Assembly: GCA_002633005.1 (NCBI GenBank)
Contig: NMRA01000006.1
Coordinates: 1,913,469-1,977,468, forward strand
Length of the DNA: 64,000 nucleotides
Reading direction: 5' to 3'
From: Phoronis australis
Taxonomy: Eukaryota; Animalia; Phoronida
The position numbers and the translations under genes were made by a program. Positions within the stretch are counted from its first letter, which is position 1, and each line of letters begins with the position of its first letter. Of this stretch, positions 1 through 11,650 are shown piece after piece. The notes below the pieces were generated by a model that worked only from the letters and a program-made list of their open reading frames with translations, searched no databases and was not told the DNA's origin.

Positions 1-424
1 TGAGTTCACGATTTTGGGAACTGAAATAGGGACTGCTCGAAGAAAAAGTTTCATAACGGGAGTATTTGTTCGAGTTGGAAGGAATTAAACACATCGACAA
101 CCTCCTAAGGTGTTCCTCTATGCGCAAAAGGTATTTATAACAACGTGACTTTGATGGTTTAGTCGGTGCGAGGCAAAATTCGCCGAAAAGCTTCCGGCGT
201 ACAGAGCGCCTATAGCCTCTACATCGCCTCTGCTTCGGGCCAACAGAGGCGATGGTCATTGCCTACGTCTCGACCTGCCTCTGCCTTCGAGACGGTGAAA
301 CTACTGTAGGCGCTTCATTTGTCGTAAACCAAGTAAGCCACCAGACCGTGTTAATTTAGTGTTTGTTGTGCTTTATAGTCACCAGGACCTTCCGAATTAA
401 AGCTGGTTAGATTCACAAGACACA

Positions 425-1920
425 GGCGTCCTCAGGCTCAGCTTCTAATCGTCTCCAATACACTCTATATATACTACATGGTATGACACTCAGGACTAGA
501 AATTCCATTGGTGCTTCAATTCAGCCATTCATATTAAACACAAAACTCAACAAATATACACAAATCGGCCAGGGATTCAACAAAGCATGACATGAGCAAT
601 TGTTTTTTCTTCCAGTACCATTCACGGTTTAGTGCTCAAGTGAGTTCTCAGCAAATTGGCGGTCAAAGCACAAAAATCGGTTATTGTTTACAATCCGACT
701 CCATCAACATACATATTTGGTCATTCAAGAAATGTATTACTCGTGGCGATTAGGGTCTTCTTATTCATGCATTCACTGTTTTTATGAGGTGTTCATTTGC
801 GGCAGCTGATCTCATGTGACCGCCATTATAAAACTGCAACTCTTCTTGGCTGGAATGATAACTACAATGATCACTCCTGTGTCAGAAGACTCCAAAATTG
901 GCTAGTATATTGAAGATACCTCGTGGCACATTAGGGAAACTCTGAGTAAAAAACAGTAATAGTCATTTATGAAGGATTGCCTCTTCAAAGCTTCTTCTTT
1001 GAAACAGAAAAAACATGCGAGTGCGTGTTCTCATTGACAAATGTTGTCCTCGAAAACACTTGACATCTCATGGATATGATTTCGGCTGGTGTTATGGCGG
1101 ACATGTGTCGTCTCAGAGACGAAAACTGTTTCAAACAAGTAGTATTAGGTAATAAGATACCTAATAGTAATATCACTGGCAGGCTAAAATACGCTAGCAC
1201 AGAAACACATTCTGTATCGAACCATCTTCACTCTAGGTTAACCGTTAGTTATCAATCCTGCCAAAAGGTGTCGTACTTTTAAAAATGACTGCCTTACTAA
1301 ATGTGCGTTGCAAATGAACGCCTTGGAAAACTCGGAAATCATGAATATTAAGAAGCACCCAATCGGTACAAGTAATACATTTTAGAGTCACCATGACTAT
1401 AGGATTAAGAAAAAAGTAGTATCAAGTATGTAGGTTAATAGAGTCGGATTGTAAACAATAACCCAAAAATCTTCCTAAAAAGCCCATGCGTGCTAACTCC
1501 CATGTCCCACGGAAGTTGCTGATGTGTCACGGAATATCACGACATCGATAACTCCACGTCATAACGAAAGGTTATAAAATGGTCTGGCTAAGCTAGGAGT
1601 TATCGATGTCGTGATATTCCGTGACAAATCGGCAATTTCCGTTGGACGTAGGTGTTAGTACGCATGGGCTTTTTGGGAAGTTTTTTGTGCTTTGACCGCG
1701 AATTTGTTGCGAACTCGCTGGTGCAGGACACTGTAAATGGTATTAGAAGAAAGAACAATCACTCATGGTTTGTTGAACCCCAGTTTTGTGTAAATTGAGT
1801 TTTGTGTTTGATATGGACAGCTGAATTGAAGCACATGGAATTTTTAGTCCTGAGTGTCATACCTTGCAGTATATTTGTATATAGTGTATTGTGGACGATC
1901 ACAAGCTGACGAGGCAGGCC
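425..1920. repeat. Old ~1.5-kb inverted repeat (arms ~425-805 and ~1305-1920) with a nested hairpin
   Basis: For example gctgaattgaagcac, tagtcctgagtgtcatacc, gagtcggattgtaaacaataacc and ttttgtgctttgaccgc are reverse complements of left-arm sequence. Confidence 0.8.
1464..1688. repeat. ~220-bp palindrome (MITE-like)
   Basis: tgtcacggaatatcacgacatcgataactcc / ggagttatcgatgtcgtgatattccgtgaca form a perfect core; arms are ~90 bp. Confidence 0.85.
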
Positions 1921-4519
1921 TTCATGCAGCATACTGTCCTAATGTAGTTGCCCTGGCAAGGCCGCCCAATGTATCATTTGGACACCCTGACAATCAGAAT
2001 TTCTCCAGTTTGGACACCCACATTGTAAGATTACTAAGACTCTCAGTTTAATTGAAGAGAGAAGTTGGCCCTTTCAACTCAGAAAGAAATATACAAAGTA
2101 TTTAAAATGTTGCAATATTCCAACTAATTTCAAACCATTTGGTAGATCTGTCAATCATTAGCACCTGGTTGGTTGCCAGAGTGTCTGCTTTCAGTAGACT
2201 CGTATGCCACTGCAATTCTGTACTTTATATAGGGACATGGACCTTGCTTAACTCCAAACTGGTGTTTCAGAGCTGTAGTTTCATGTACTTCATCTTTTTT
2301 TAAAAACACCAAAAGCGAAATAAATGTCATTATTTTAATAATATGATGTGCTGCAAGAATATCCCGATTTAAAATGTTCGAGTTTTCGCCTGTTTCATGC
2401 TTTTCTATGTGCATCTAAAATGGAGCCGCAGTGACACCTGTTGCCAAAATATAAACCACACATCATCTGTGCATTTTTCTTTTGTTGGTAACTGCAGCTT
2501 TGATGACTCATTGTTCAGAATATAAAGCTAGTGAAGTTGATATAATAAACTTTATAACAGAATTTGACTTGAGATGACCAAAAACAGTGCACTCATCGTT
2601 CAACCAATATCTGTAATATCTGTAATACCCGTTTTGTAAGCTATTTGTCTGTTTTCGTAAATTTAGACATAAAAGTCTTGATCAACAGTTTTTTAGTACT
2701 TAAAAAGCCCAATACAAGGGAGCTGTTTTGTAAACTTAGGTGTAAAAGCCTTGTTCAACGCATTTTTTAATTGTAAAAAAAAACCTCGCTGTGTGTATTT
2801 GGGGGGGGGTTACTGGTGAATGGTGGTGGGGNGTCGTTGGAATCATGGACGCCCTGGAATATTGGGAACCCCATTTTGGACACCCTATGTTCGAAATCCT
2901 GGATGAAGCCCTGAGACGACGCCTGTGGACAGATTAGGCTTTTCATCATTTTAACTCCCTCACCAAACAGGGAGTTCTAAAAAAACGGAATGAAAAATGA
3001 AATCGACTTTAGCTGAAGTCGTATTTGTCAGACATGGTCACTATAAAACCTTGGTAAATATTCAGATTTCAAGGGTGGACTGCGACTCGGGCGTAGCGGT
3101 AGGAGTTCACTTGGTCTCTGAGGTTGGTCCATGTAAGCGGACCAAGTTAATCTGGACTGCTGGCTTACTTGGTCTAAAACAATATGCTGGAAGCTTTTTG
3201 GGGAATTTTCCCTCACACGGGTTAAGATGTCAAACTCAAGTTGCTATATGTAAGTACTTGTTGCGCATAGAGGGACAACTTAGGAGGGTGTCGCTGTCTA
3301 GTTCCTTCCAACTCAAACAAATACTCCCGTAATCAAACTATTTTCCAACAGTCCTTCATTCATTTGTCCAAATCAGCAACTGGCCATTTTTAACACTGTA
3401 TGCGCCAGAAGATATTCTTCGGGTGGAGGCTGATGGCTGCTTTCCAGCCCAAAGGGAACGTCCCTGTTACCTCCTTCGCAAAGTGAATAGGGTCACAGAA
3501 AGCTGTAACACCCCCCCCCCCCCCCCCCCCCCCNGGCAAGTGGGACGGACATGGAAGTACCAAACTCAGGTTAACGACATTCTATATTGATAAAAGCTTA
3601 TCTAATGGGTCAGATACAAACCATTGGCAAGAGAACGACGAGCGATCTAAATGGAAATGTGCGCTGACTGCCTCAGAATTGGGGACACTGAATACTTAAT
3701 GCAAATAGGCAGTTGTCGTAGGGTCTAGTAAGGAAGGAACACTGACAGACCAGGCAGCTGAGGCAGATAACGACACCAGTTGCTTAAATGGGACACGATT
3801 TGAGGGCTTCTGCTGGACTAAAGGTGGAGCTGGTGGGGGAGGGGTAATGGCCTGACCTCTGGGCATGATAACCACCTGAGTGTAGGTCTTAGATGTGGAT
3901 GTTAGGGGGACTAAAGACAGTTTGTGCTGGGCTGAGGTATTAAGCAAAGACGGTATTGCGAATGAAGGCCTGACCTCTGAGAACGATTGGAGATCTGGAA
4001 AGGATTGAGGGAGCTGCACACAATGGGCACTTAAAACCACTTGGCATGGTCGCTTTTGGGTAATTTACTAAGCAACAGTGTGATCACGTACCAGTGCAAG
4101 CGAGCTGCTGGCAAGTTCAGTGTCAGTGTTAATACATAGCTCGAAACTCTGTCCCAGCCGAGGGTGGTAGCCTGAACCGACATCGTCATCTGATCTTGGA
4201 TAAGTACCCGTGGCAGCTGGCTCAGGTGTCGGCATACCAGTTTACACCTGTCCACCAGATCAAGCGAGTCTTTAATGCTACGTCCCTCTAATAAGAGAAA
4301 CAAGTATGCCAGAGAATATCTCTCCTGATACAGTTGATGACTGGTCACAACATCAGCCTTGTTGGTAGAAATAATAGGGGGAGATGACTCCCAAACACAT
4401 GTTTGCTTAACTACTTGTCTTCACCGAGAGGAACATGGATTGAAATGAACAAAGGGACTCTAAAGTTGATCAGTTGGCTCCAAAAGAGACTGGGCCACCT
4501 TGTACTTCCTGTTGGTGAT

Positions 4520-4799
4520 ACGCATCTGGTCAAACTGCTCCCTCTGCTGTCTCAGCTGAGTCTTTAAGCTGTCCACCACGTTACGCTCCAACTGTGACTT
4601 CCTATGGATGTAGTTGGAGGCTGTGACAGTCCTGCTTGTGCTCCTCAGTCTTGCTGGAGTGGTCACTGTGCTGCCACTCTGGTGGCTTATTCAAGTCCTG
4701 GTTGTTCTCCATCAGATGGTTCTCTATCTCACCAGCTCTGCATAGTTACTGTTCTTTTTCTTCTAGCTCTGATTTCAGTTCCGCCAGTTCTTTCTCATG
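4520..4799 (-). pseudogene. Coiled-coil pseudogene fragment resembling the Spindly/BICD-type CC1 region
   Basis: HEKELAELKSELEEKEQ*LCRAGEIENHLMENNQDLNK...KTEEHKQDCHSLQL, then after a frameshift RKSQLERNVVDSLKTQLRQQREQFDQ; one in-frame stop and one frameshift. Confidence 0.4.
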
Positions 4800-6469
4800 A
4801 GAAGAAGTGGATTGTGTAGTTGGTTAAAACGAGATATCTTCTAGAGGTAGTGCACAAACCCTTGTGGTGCATTCAGCGATCAGGTTTGCAGAGAGAGACA
4901 ATGGCACCAGTCCTTTTTATATATATCCAAAACATCTGGAGGAACAACAAAGATTGACCAATCACAACACAGCACAGAATGATTAAGGATGAATGATGTT
5001 GACGGTTGGCCTGGCTTGGNTCTGTTCCTTGTGCTCGTATCCACCACTGTCACCAGCATTGTGTAAAAGTAGTAAAACATTAAGGTTAGACAATAAAAAA
5101 CCAGTCTGCACAGAATCTCCTTCCCGGATATGCATGGAATCAAAATTGGTATTGAACAAATGTTTGAGTATCTTTCATTCAGTTGATGGCTTGATCACAT
5201 CAAATTTTCATGCCTGGTGACTTGGCAACAAATATCACAAAAGAAACCGCAAACTCACGAAGTCCGTGAAGCTGCTGTGTGATGCCAGACAACCTTTGCA
5301 ATGCTTACATCCAGGTTTTTGACGGATGTTCCTGAGGCAGTTCCGAAGTCAATATGCAGGAAGCTCTTTCCTCCCACAAGTAAACAAATATTAACTTAAA
5401 TCGGATAGCATTTTGATATCATCGACAAAAACAAAAACAATGCCACACTGCCTAAACACAAAAATAGAGTCTGTCCTTTGTGTCGAAAACAAGTTGTTGG
5501 CGTATGTTTATGGCATTTGCCGAGAGCCATTTTCCTGCAATGATGAACGAATTGCATACATCAAAAATAGTTAAATCAGAACGTATATTACGGTTAATAT
5601 CATAGAAAAAGAAGTGACCCTGAAATTGAGAGTTTTATACTTGTTTTAGAAATTTCGTTTTCATCGTCAAAAGACAATGTGATCAAGAGAATATAATGTG
5701 AGGTTTATGCACTCCCAGTCTGCAGCATTGGGACAATTAAAGTTTGGAGATCACTAGGCTCGGCTCGGCAAAGTCCAGCCTTTACGTTTGTCATGTTTGA
5801 GTCAGTGGGAGATTCGAGTACCTTTGAACAGTCTGTTGGGAAAGTGTTTCCACCGCTAAGTTTTAACACCGTAGAGTCAGTGTTTAGAAAGTTACGGTTA
5901 TGGCTTCAGGTCAGCGTCTTTGTTCTTTTCAAACTGTCTCTTTAAATGTACATGATTTTTGCTACATTTTAAAATGCAGTTGTCAACATTTCAAGGTGGT
6001 CGGTGAATGGGGTGGAGTGACTGAAAACAATGTCTTAAGAAACAGTATCTTGAAACTTACTGAAAAATAAGAATAAATGTTGTTTGATATATTTGAATGA
6101 AGGACTGTTAAGACAAAGTATACTAATTGTTCGAAGCTACCATCTGCCTTTCAGTGTCATCTGAAATTTAATAAGAAATGCTTTGATGAAGTCCAAGTGG
6201 GATAAAATTTTAACTGTTTATGATATAGCAGGAGGTATAATCATCAAGTTTATAATTTCTAATACAATTGATCCAGCAACCAAATCTACTGGCTGTTGCT
6301 TTTGGTAGGAGGTTGCTATAGATCCTAATTTACTTGTCCGTGTTCAAAAAAAGTGTCTGCTGCTGCCAGCCACATTTTTTCTAACAATGTCAAGACTGAT
6401 TTTTGTCCCACAAACGTACTATTCATTGTTTAAGTAGGGGTATAAGTCGGCATTGAACACCAAACAATC

Positions 6470-6472
6470 ATG
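6470..6472 (+). CDS. SNU13: SNU13/NHP2L1 coding exon 1 (ATG only)
   Basis: acaatcATG|gtgtgt: good Kozak context and a GT donor 186 nt upstream of the phase-0 acceptor at 6658. It completes a 127-aa protein, and an ATG-only first coding exon is the arrangement in human SNU13. Inferred, not proven. Confidence 0.6.
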
Positions 6473-6658
6473 GTGTGTGAAATTAGTAATCACTAAATCA
6501 AGTTTGGATGATGGATCAGGATCATTTGTTAATCAGGTGAAAAAGACATGTTCCAGTGAAAATTTGCAACTGTTCATGGACAAGGGACATTGGATCTGTC
6601 TTTACATAGCACACGTATGAAGTCGGTGATTAAAAATTGTGTGTTGTTTTTTGTCAAG

Positions 6659-6776
6659 GGCGACGAAGTGAACCCTAAAGCCTTCCCATTGGCTGACCCT
6701 GACCTGACCGTGACAATCCTAGCTCTTGTCCAGCAGGCCTGCAACTACAAGCAGTTGCGTAAAGGTGCAAATGAAG
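6659..6776 (+). CDS. SNU13: SNU13/NHP2L1 coding exon 2
   Basis: ttttgtcaag|GGC...GAA G|gtatgg; encodes [39 protein letters not shown], the conserved 15.5K/Snu13 N-terminus. Confidence 0.95.
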
Positions 6777-7497
6777 GTATGGCTTTCAGTGGTCTTGAAT
6801 TGATATTGCCGAATGAAAATCATTTTATAGCTCTGATTTGTGAAAAATTTGGTTTTTAAATTTGTGTGACTATTTAATTTCGATTGGTTTACTTAGGACT
6901 TTCTCTTCTCTGCCACGACAAACATCCTGAACATTTATGGGTTAAACTCGTTCAAAAAATCCTATGGTGTAAGGGTATTCAGTCCTCCAAAATTTTACCG
7001 CATTGTTTGAGCCGCTGGTTGTCCTTCAGTTCCAGTTCTAAGTTACGATGGCATGGAAATTGAAAGGCAGACTTGATAAGTTTAATTAAGTTCTGTTCTT
7101 TATCCTGACTCATTTTGAGACTTGTGCTCGCTAACTAAAAAACAAGAAAAGTTTCGTATCAATTTCAGCCAGGGTCTCGGGCTTTTTTGAAAAGCTACTC
7201 AAGAGTGTGTGAGGTTTGAAATGCGATCGTGATGTTTTGCCAAGTGATGAGTAAAGAAAGCAATCTCACCATCATTTTTGCTCTTCTCAGGGAGATTTTC
7301 TTTAAAATTTTTGAAAAAGTAAGCTTCTGAAAAAATAGTGCACCACCGACTCAATTTTCAACAAACAGTGACCACCAATGACTTGATTACACGTTTATGC
7401 AGTAAGTTGAAAGTAAGTGCACCTGGAATCAGTAAATCAGGGATGTTGAAATTTTTAGCATATTCCTAATTGTTGACGCTTCTGAATTCACTTGCAG

Positions 7498-7601
7498 TGA
7501 CAAAGACATTGAACAGGGGTATATCGGAGTTCATCGTCATGGCTGCCGACACGGAACCTCTGGAGATCCTGATGCATTTGCCACTGTTGTGTGAGGATAA
7601 G
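7498..7601 (+). CDS. SNU13: SNU13/NHP2L1 coding exon 3
   Basis: cttgcag|TG...AAG|gtagat; (V)[34 protein letters not shown], the L7Ae-family core; phases are compatible. Confidence 0.96.
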
Positions 7602-8619
7602 GTAGATTCTAATATCGTCAGTAACTCGAGACTTTAATTTCGCCATCTCTTTGTAGGTTAGCATGGTTTTGTGTGGGCAAAAATTGAAATGTTGTTAATA
7701 TCTTACTCTTCCATTCTGCTTAGTCAAGGAAACAATTATCATTAGACATCATTTCACTTGCCTAACATATCTGCATAATTTTACTATTAAAATAAAAAGC
7801 ACGTGACTGTATGCAGCTCTATTTCAATCATTTGTCTTGTAGAGTAAGAAACCCTCGGGCTTTTCGAACTTGACTGACAATTTAATTAAACATTGCTTAG
7901 AGGTTTCCATGTGTGTCGTATTTGAATACAAAAAGGAGAGCTCTGATTGGTCATTATGGTGAATTATGTGTGGCTTTGTGCCAGTGTGAATTCTTATCCT
8001 TCACATAGTTAAATAAAGAAAACTAGCGCCACCTGAGGGCTGCATTTTGCACTTGTCTTCTTTAAGCCTCCTTGTTGTTCTGGTCAAAGCAATGTTGGTA
8101 TCCCACCGTCCAGATATGTCTTAAGAGTGTTTTCCTTTCAAATCAATTTGTATCAACAATTTGATCGGTTTTAACTTGTTTATGTCAAAATAACAGCAAT
8201 TCTTTACTTGCCACAATTGTCAATTTTTCAGTTTTAAAAGGCTGATTAGATTCAGATGAAGAAAACTTTGCCAAATATTGGTCTGTGGTGTCCAAATAGA
8301 GCAATGTAAGCTGTTACAGGGCTTGGGAATTTTCCTCTTTTTTGTTTCAGTTTTGTCTTATTTGATTTCCAGTTTCCTCTTTTTTCAAGTCTTTTTATCA
8401 TTTTTTACTTTATTCATGCAAAATCATTTCAGTTAAATTTTACAACACAGAAAATATTTCTATCACACAAGCCTAATCATTTGTGGAACAATACATCACC
8501 TGGTAAATTTTCCTCTTTTTTGTCACTGGTCATTCCAAGCCATGCTATAAGTACTGGAAAATTTTGTTAATGTTTATTTGTTACAATGTAGCAAATATGA
8601 CTAAGTGTCTTTGTGGTCA

Positions 8620-8739
8620 GCGGATCCTTCGCGTCATTCACGGAGTCTCCATAAGCATTAATTTGTATTAATTGCATTTTTGTCCTAACCTGAATAAAGT
8701 GTATTACCACCACCACTACCACCACCACAACCACCACCA
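8620..8739 (+). repeat. Retroposon-like 3' end with a (CAC)n tail in SNU13 intron 3
   Basis: aataaa followed by an accaccaccactaccaccaccacaaccaccacc microsatellite. Confidence 0.45.
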
Positions 8740-9005
8740 TTTCACGTACCTAAAAAGTGTAATAATCAAATTCCTAAAAAATGTGTATTGTTCCACCCAT
8801 AGACATCGCCTTTTTGGAAAGGTGTAATATCTATGATGTAACTTTTTCCTCTCTACTGTTAGTTGTAAGAATCATGAATTCAAAATTTACCCCTCAAATA
8901 GCATTTTCTCATAATCGTGTATAGTATCTCTATGTACATCTTTAATGTGTTAATGTTTGTTGCTTTGTAGCTGTTAATAATACCATCTAATAATTTATTT
9001 TGCAG

Positions 9006-9039
9006 AATGTTCCTTATGTGTTTGTTCGATCCAAGCAAG
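9006..9039 (+). CDS. SNU13: SNU13/NHP2L1 coding exon 4
   Basis: ttttgcag|AAT...CAA G|gtaagt; encodes NVPYVFVRSKQ. Confidence 0.95.
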
Positions 9040-9739
9040 GTAAGTACCATTGCTGGCTAAACAATTTCTGTTTGCAGTGTTCATGAATTATTTATACGTG
9101 ACGGTAACTTATTGTATGGCTGAAGATCAAGTCGATTTAAATGTGACCTATCGTGTGATTAACAATATGTTTGTTCTTCACTTCCCAAAACGGATTAATA
9201 TGTTTGCAATCATAACTGTCGGAACGTGACAATTGCTGTCAACCTGCTCAATTTTTAAGATCGTTAAAGTGATGTACAACTTGAACTCAGAATGCAGCAA
9301 TTTTATGGTGAAGCAATTAGCGTCTGGGGAAATCTGTGGATTCTGCGGAGTCCTTGCTGTTATTGTGTAAAAATAGGAGGGTAAAATTGTCTTTGTGGTG
9401 AATGTTTAAGCTTGTCAAGATTATGTCTAGATTGAGTAATTGAGCTCACTGAGAGTAGATTGTTGTTCACTTGAAATTGTATTGCTTCAGCGGGCCCAAA
9501 ATGGACCAATTCAAAATAAAGAGAAATAAGATAAAAGCTGTTCACTGTGGCCAAAAATAACACCTTTGAGGTTGATTCCAATCACTCTATAATTATGGAA
9601 AACTAGGGGACTTGAATATTTGTTGAAATTTAATTAAATCATTTTACTCTTGCCAATGTGTGAAGCAGGATGTTCCAAGGTATATGTCTGTACAGTTATA
9701 ATTGTCACGTGTTTGAAGTAGTTTTTTAATTGTTTTCAG

Positions 9740-9864
9740 CATTAGGTCGTGCTTGTGGTGTGTCAAGACCAGTGATTGCCTGCTCTGTGACATTGAACGA
9801 GGGATCTCAACTCAAAAGCCAAATCCTCACCATGCAGCAAAATATTGAAAAGCTTCTCATCTAA
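9740..9864 (+). CDS. SNU13: SNU13/NHP2L1 last coding exon
   Basis: ttttcag|CA TTA...; (A)[43 protein letters not shown] at 9862-9864. Confidence 0.96.
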
Positions 9865-9924
9865 TTCTCATTTTTATGTCGCAAATAGTTTAATAGCTAT
9901 TTTTAACAAAGATGTTAAATTGGT

Positions 9925-9930
9925 AATAAA
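9925..9930 (+). terminator. Polyadenylation signal of SNU13
   Basis: AATAAA 60 nt after the stop, followed by a GT/T-rich tract. Confidence 0.6.
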
Positions 9931-10324
9931 TCTCCAATTTTAAATAATTTAGTTTTGCATGTTTTTCAAGCATCTAAAGTTCGTTTCGCACACAGGAAAG
10001 TGATGTTTTTTTAAACTAAGTTTTCTTTCTTTTTTGTGCCCTAAGGCCCTTTTGCACCAAACTCAGGAGGTCTAAGCCCATCTTGATTAATCTGATTGGG
10101 GACGAGTGGAAAAGATCAACTTTGATGAAAATTAGCCTCAAATGTAACCACGCATGGGATTCTTGCCGTAGTCTGATTGTACGATGCTCGGATAATCCCC
10201 ATTCAGTTTTTGTCGTTTTCAAGATCTTATTGAGAACTCCAGGGACGTAAGAAATGGACCTTGAATTCAGCTGATCAACTTTAAAAATGGTATTAAAGAT
10301 TTTCTTCCCGTTCCGTGTAATTCA

Positions 10325-11650
10325 TTTTTGTGCGCCCACATATTTATGTGTGGTCTCATATTGCCGTCATCTCTCTCTGGGCGCCCGGCGTCCGCAGCTG
10401 TATCTCCTAAACCCCTCACAAGATCTTGATGAGATTTGGCAGGTGTGTTCCTATGAAGCTGGCGACAGGTGACAACGAATTTATTACCTCTCTGACTTCA
10501 GGTGTGCCCCCTAGTGGCAATTTTAGTTTTTTGCGCTTACCTCTATCTTCAGAAGTGCGCAAAGGATTTTCATGAAATTCGGCAGTTAGGCATATACTAG
10601 TGAGAAGACGCTATGCTCCCGTTTTTGGATGGATTCGAGGCGTTTTGCGCCACATATTGGCCATTTTTTTTTACTGTTTTCGAGTGTTTTTTTGGCATCT
10701 GCCCTTCTATCAATCAAACTGCTCAAAAGGAATGATTTCGAAAGTTGGCACATATGTTCTTACTGTGAAGAGGGCAGCTGACGATTTTGCGACGACTTTG
10801 CCTACTGTGGCGTGTTCTGGTGACATTTATGTTTGTTTTTGTGCCCATAGCTGTATCTCCTAAACACTCTATAGGATCTTTATTGAATTTTTTCTGGTGT
10901 ATTTATTAGAAGTTGATGACAGAGTACGGCGACTTTCAGACGGATTGGACTACTGGTGTGCCCCCTAGTGGCAATTGTAGTGTTTACGTTTACCTCGGAC
11001 TGTATCTTCAAAGGTCCGAAACGTATTTTCATAAAATTTGGCAGGTAGACATGTATTTGTAAGGTGATTCTATCCTCCAGTTTTTGGTTGATTTCGAGGT
11101 ATTCTGCGCCACCTAGTGGCCAATTTAACTGTTTTCGAGTCTGTTTTTTGGCATCTGTCCCTCTGTCAAGAAAACCACTCTAAGGATGATTGTGAAAATT
11201 GGCGTGTATGCTCTTACTATGAAGAGGATGGCTGATGATGATTTCCCCACTACTCCGACTACTGTGGCGCCTCCTAGTGTTAGTTTTTTTTTTTGTGCCC
11301 ATGGCTGTATCACCTAAACACTCTGCAGGATTTTTATTAAGGTTACCAAGTGTATTCATATGAAATTGACAACGGACGACGACGACTTTGAGACGGATCT
11401 GACGAATGTTGTGTCCCCTAGTGGCAATTTCATTTTTTCCATTTTCTTTTATTTCTTTGAAGCTCCTTTACAGATTTTTATGAAATTTAATAAATAGCTT
11501 TCTATTAAAAACAATGTGTTCTCGTTTTCAGATGGATTCAACATATTTTGCGCCATTTAGTGGTCAATTCTATGATACAAATAACACCCCTAGAAGCATA
11601 CCGTTTTCGGTACATTCGTGGGCGCATTTCAACTTTGCATTGCTCTTGTT
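10325..11650 (+). mobile_element. Helentron/DINE-1-like non-autonomous element with ~3 internal ~453-bp tandem units
   Basis: T-run start, subterminal IR tgcgcccac (10331) / gtgggcgca (11618), small hairpin taccg-tttt-cggta, end cttgtt. The unit marker ctgtatc(t/a)cctaaac recurs at 10398, 10851 and 11305. Confidence 0.6.

Noticed and set aside
478-486. ATG|GTATGA as SNU13 first exon
   Set aside because: Lies in an inverted-repeat arm 6 kb away; 6470 has better context.
5540-5623. Box C (ATGATGA) ... box D (CTGA) snoRNA candidate
   Set aside because: No convincing terminal stem and no recognisable rRNA/snRNA guide; expected by chance in AT-rich DNA. snoscan would settle it.
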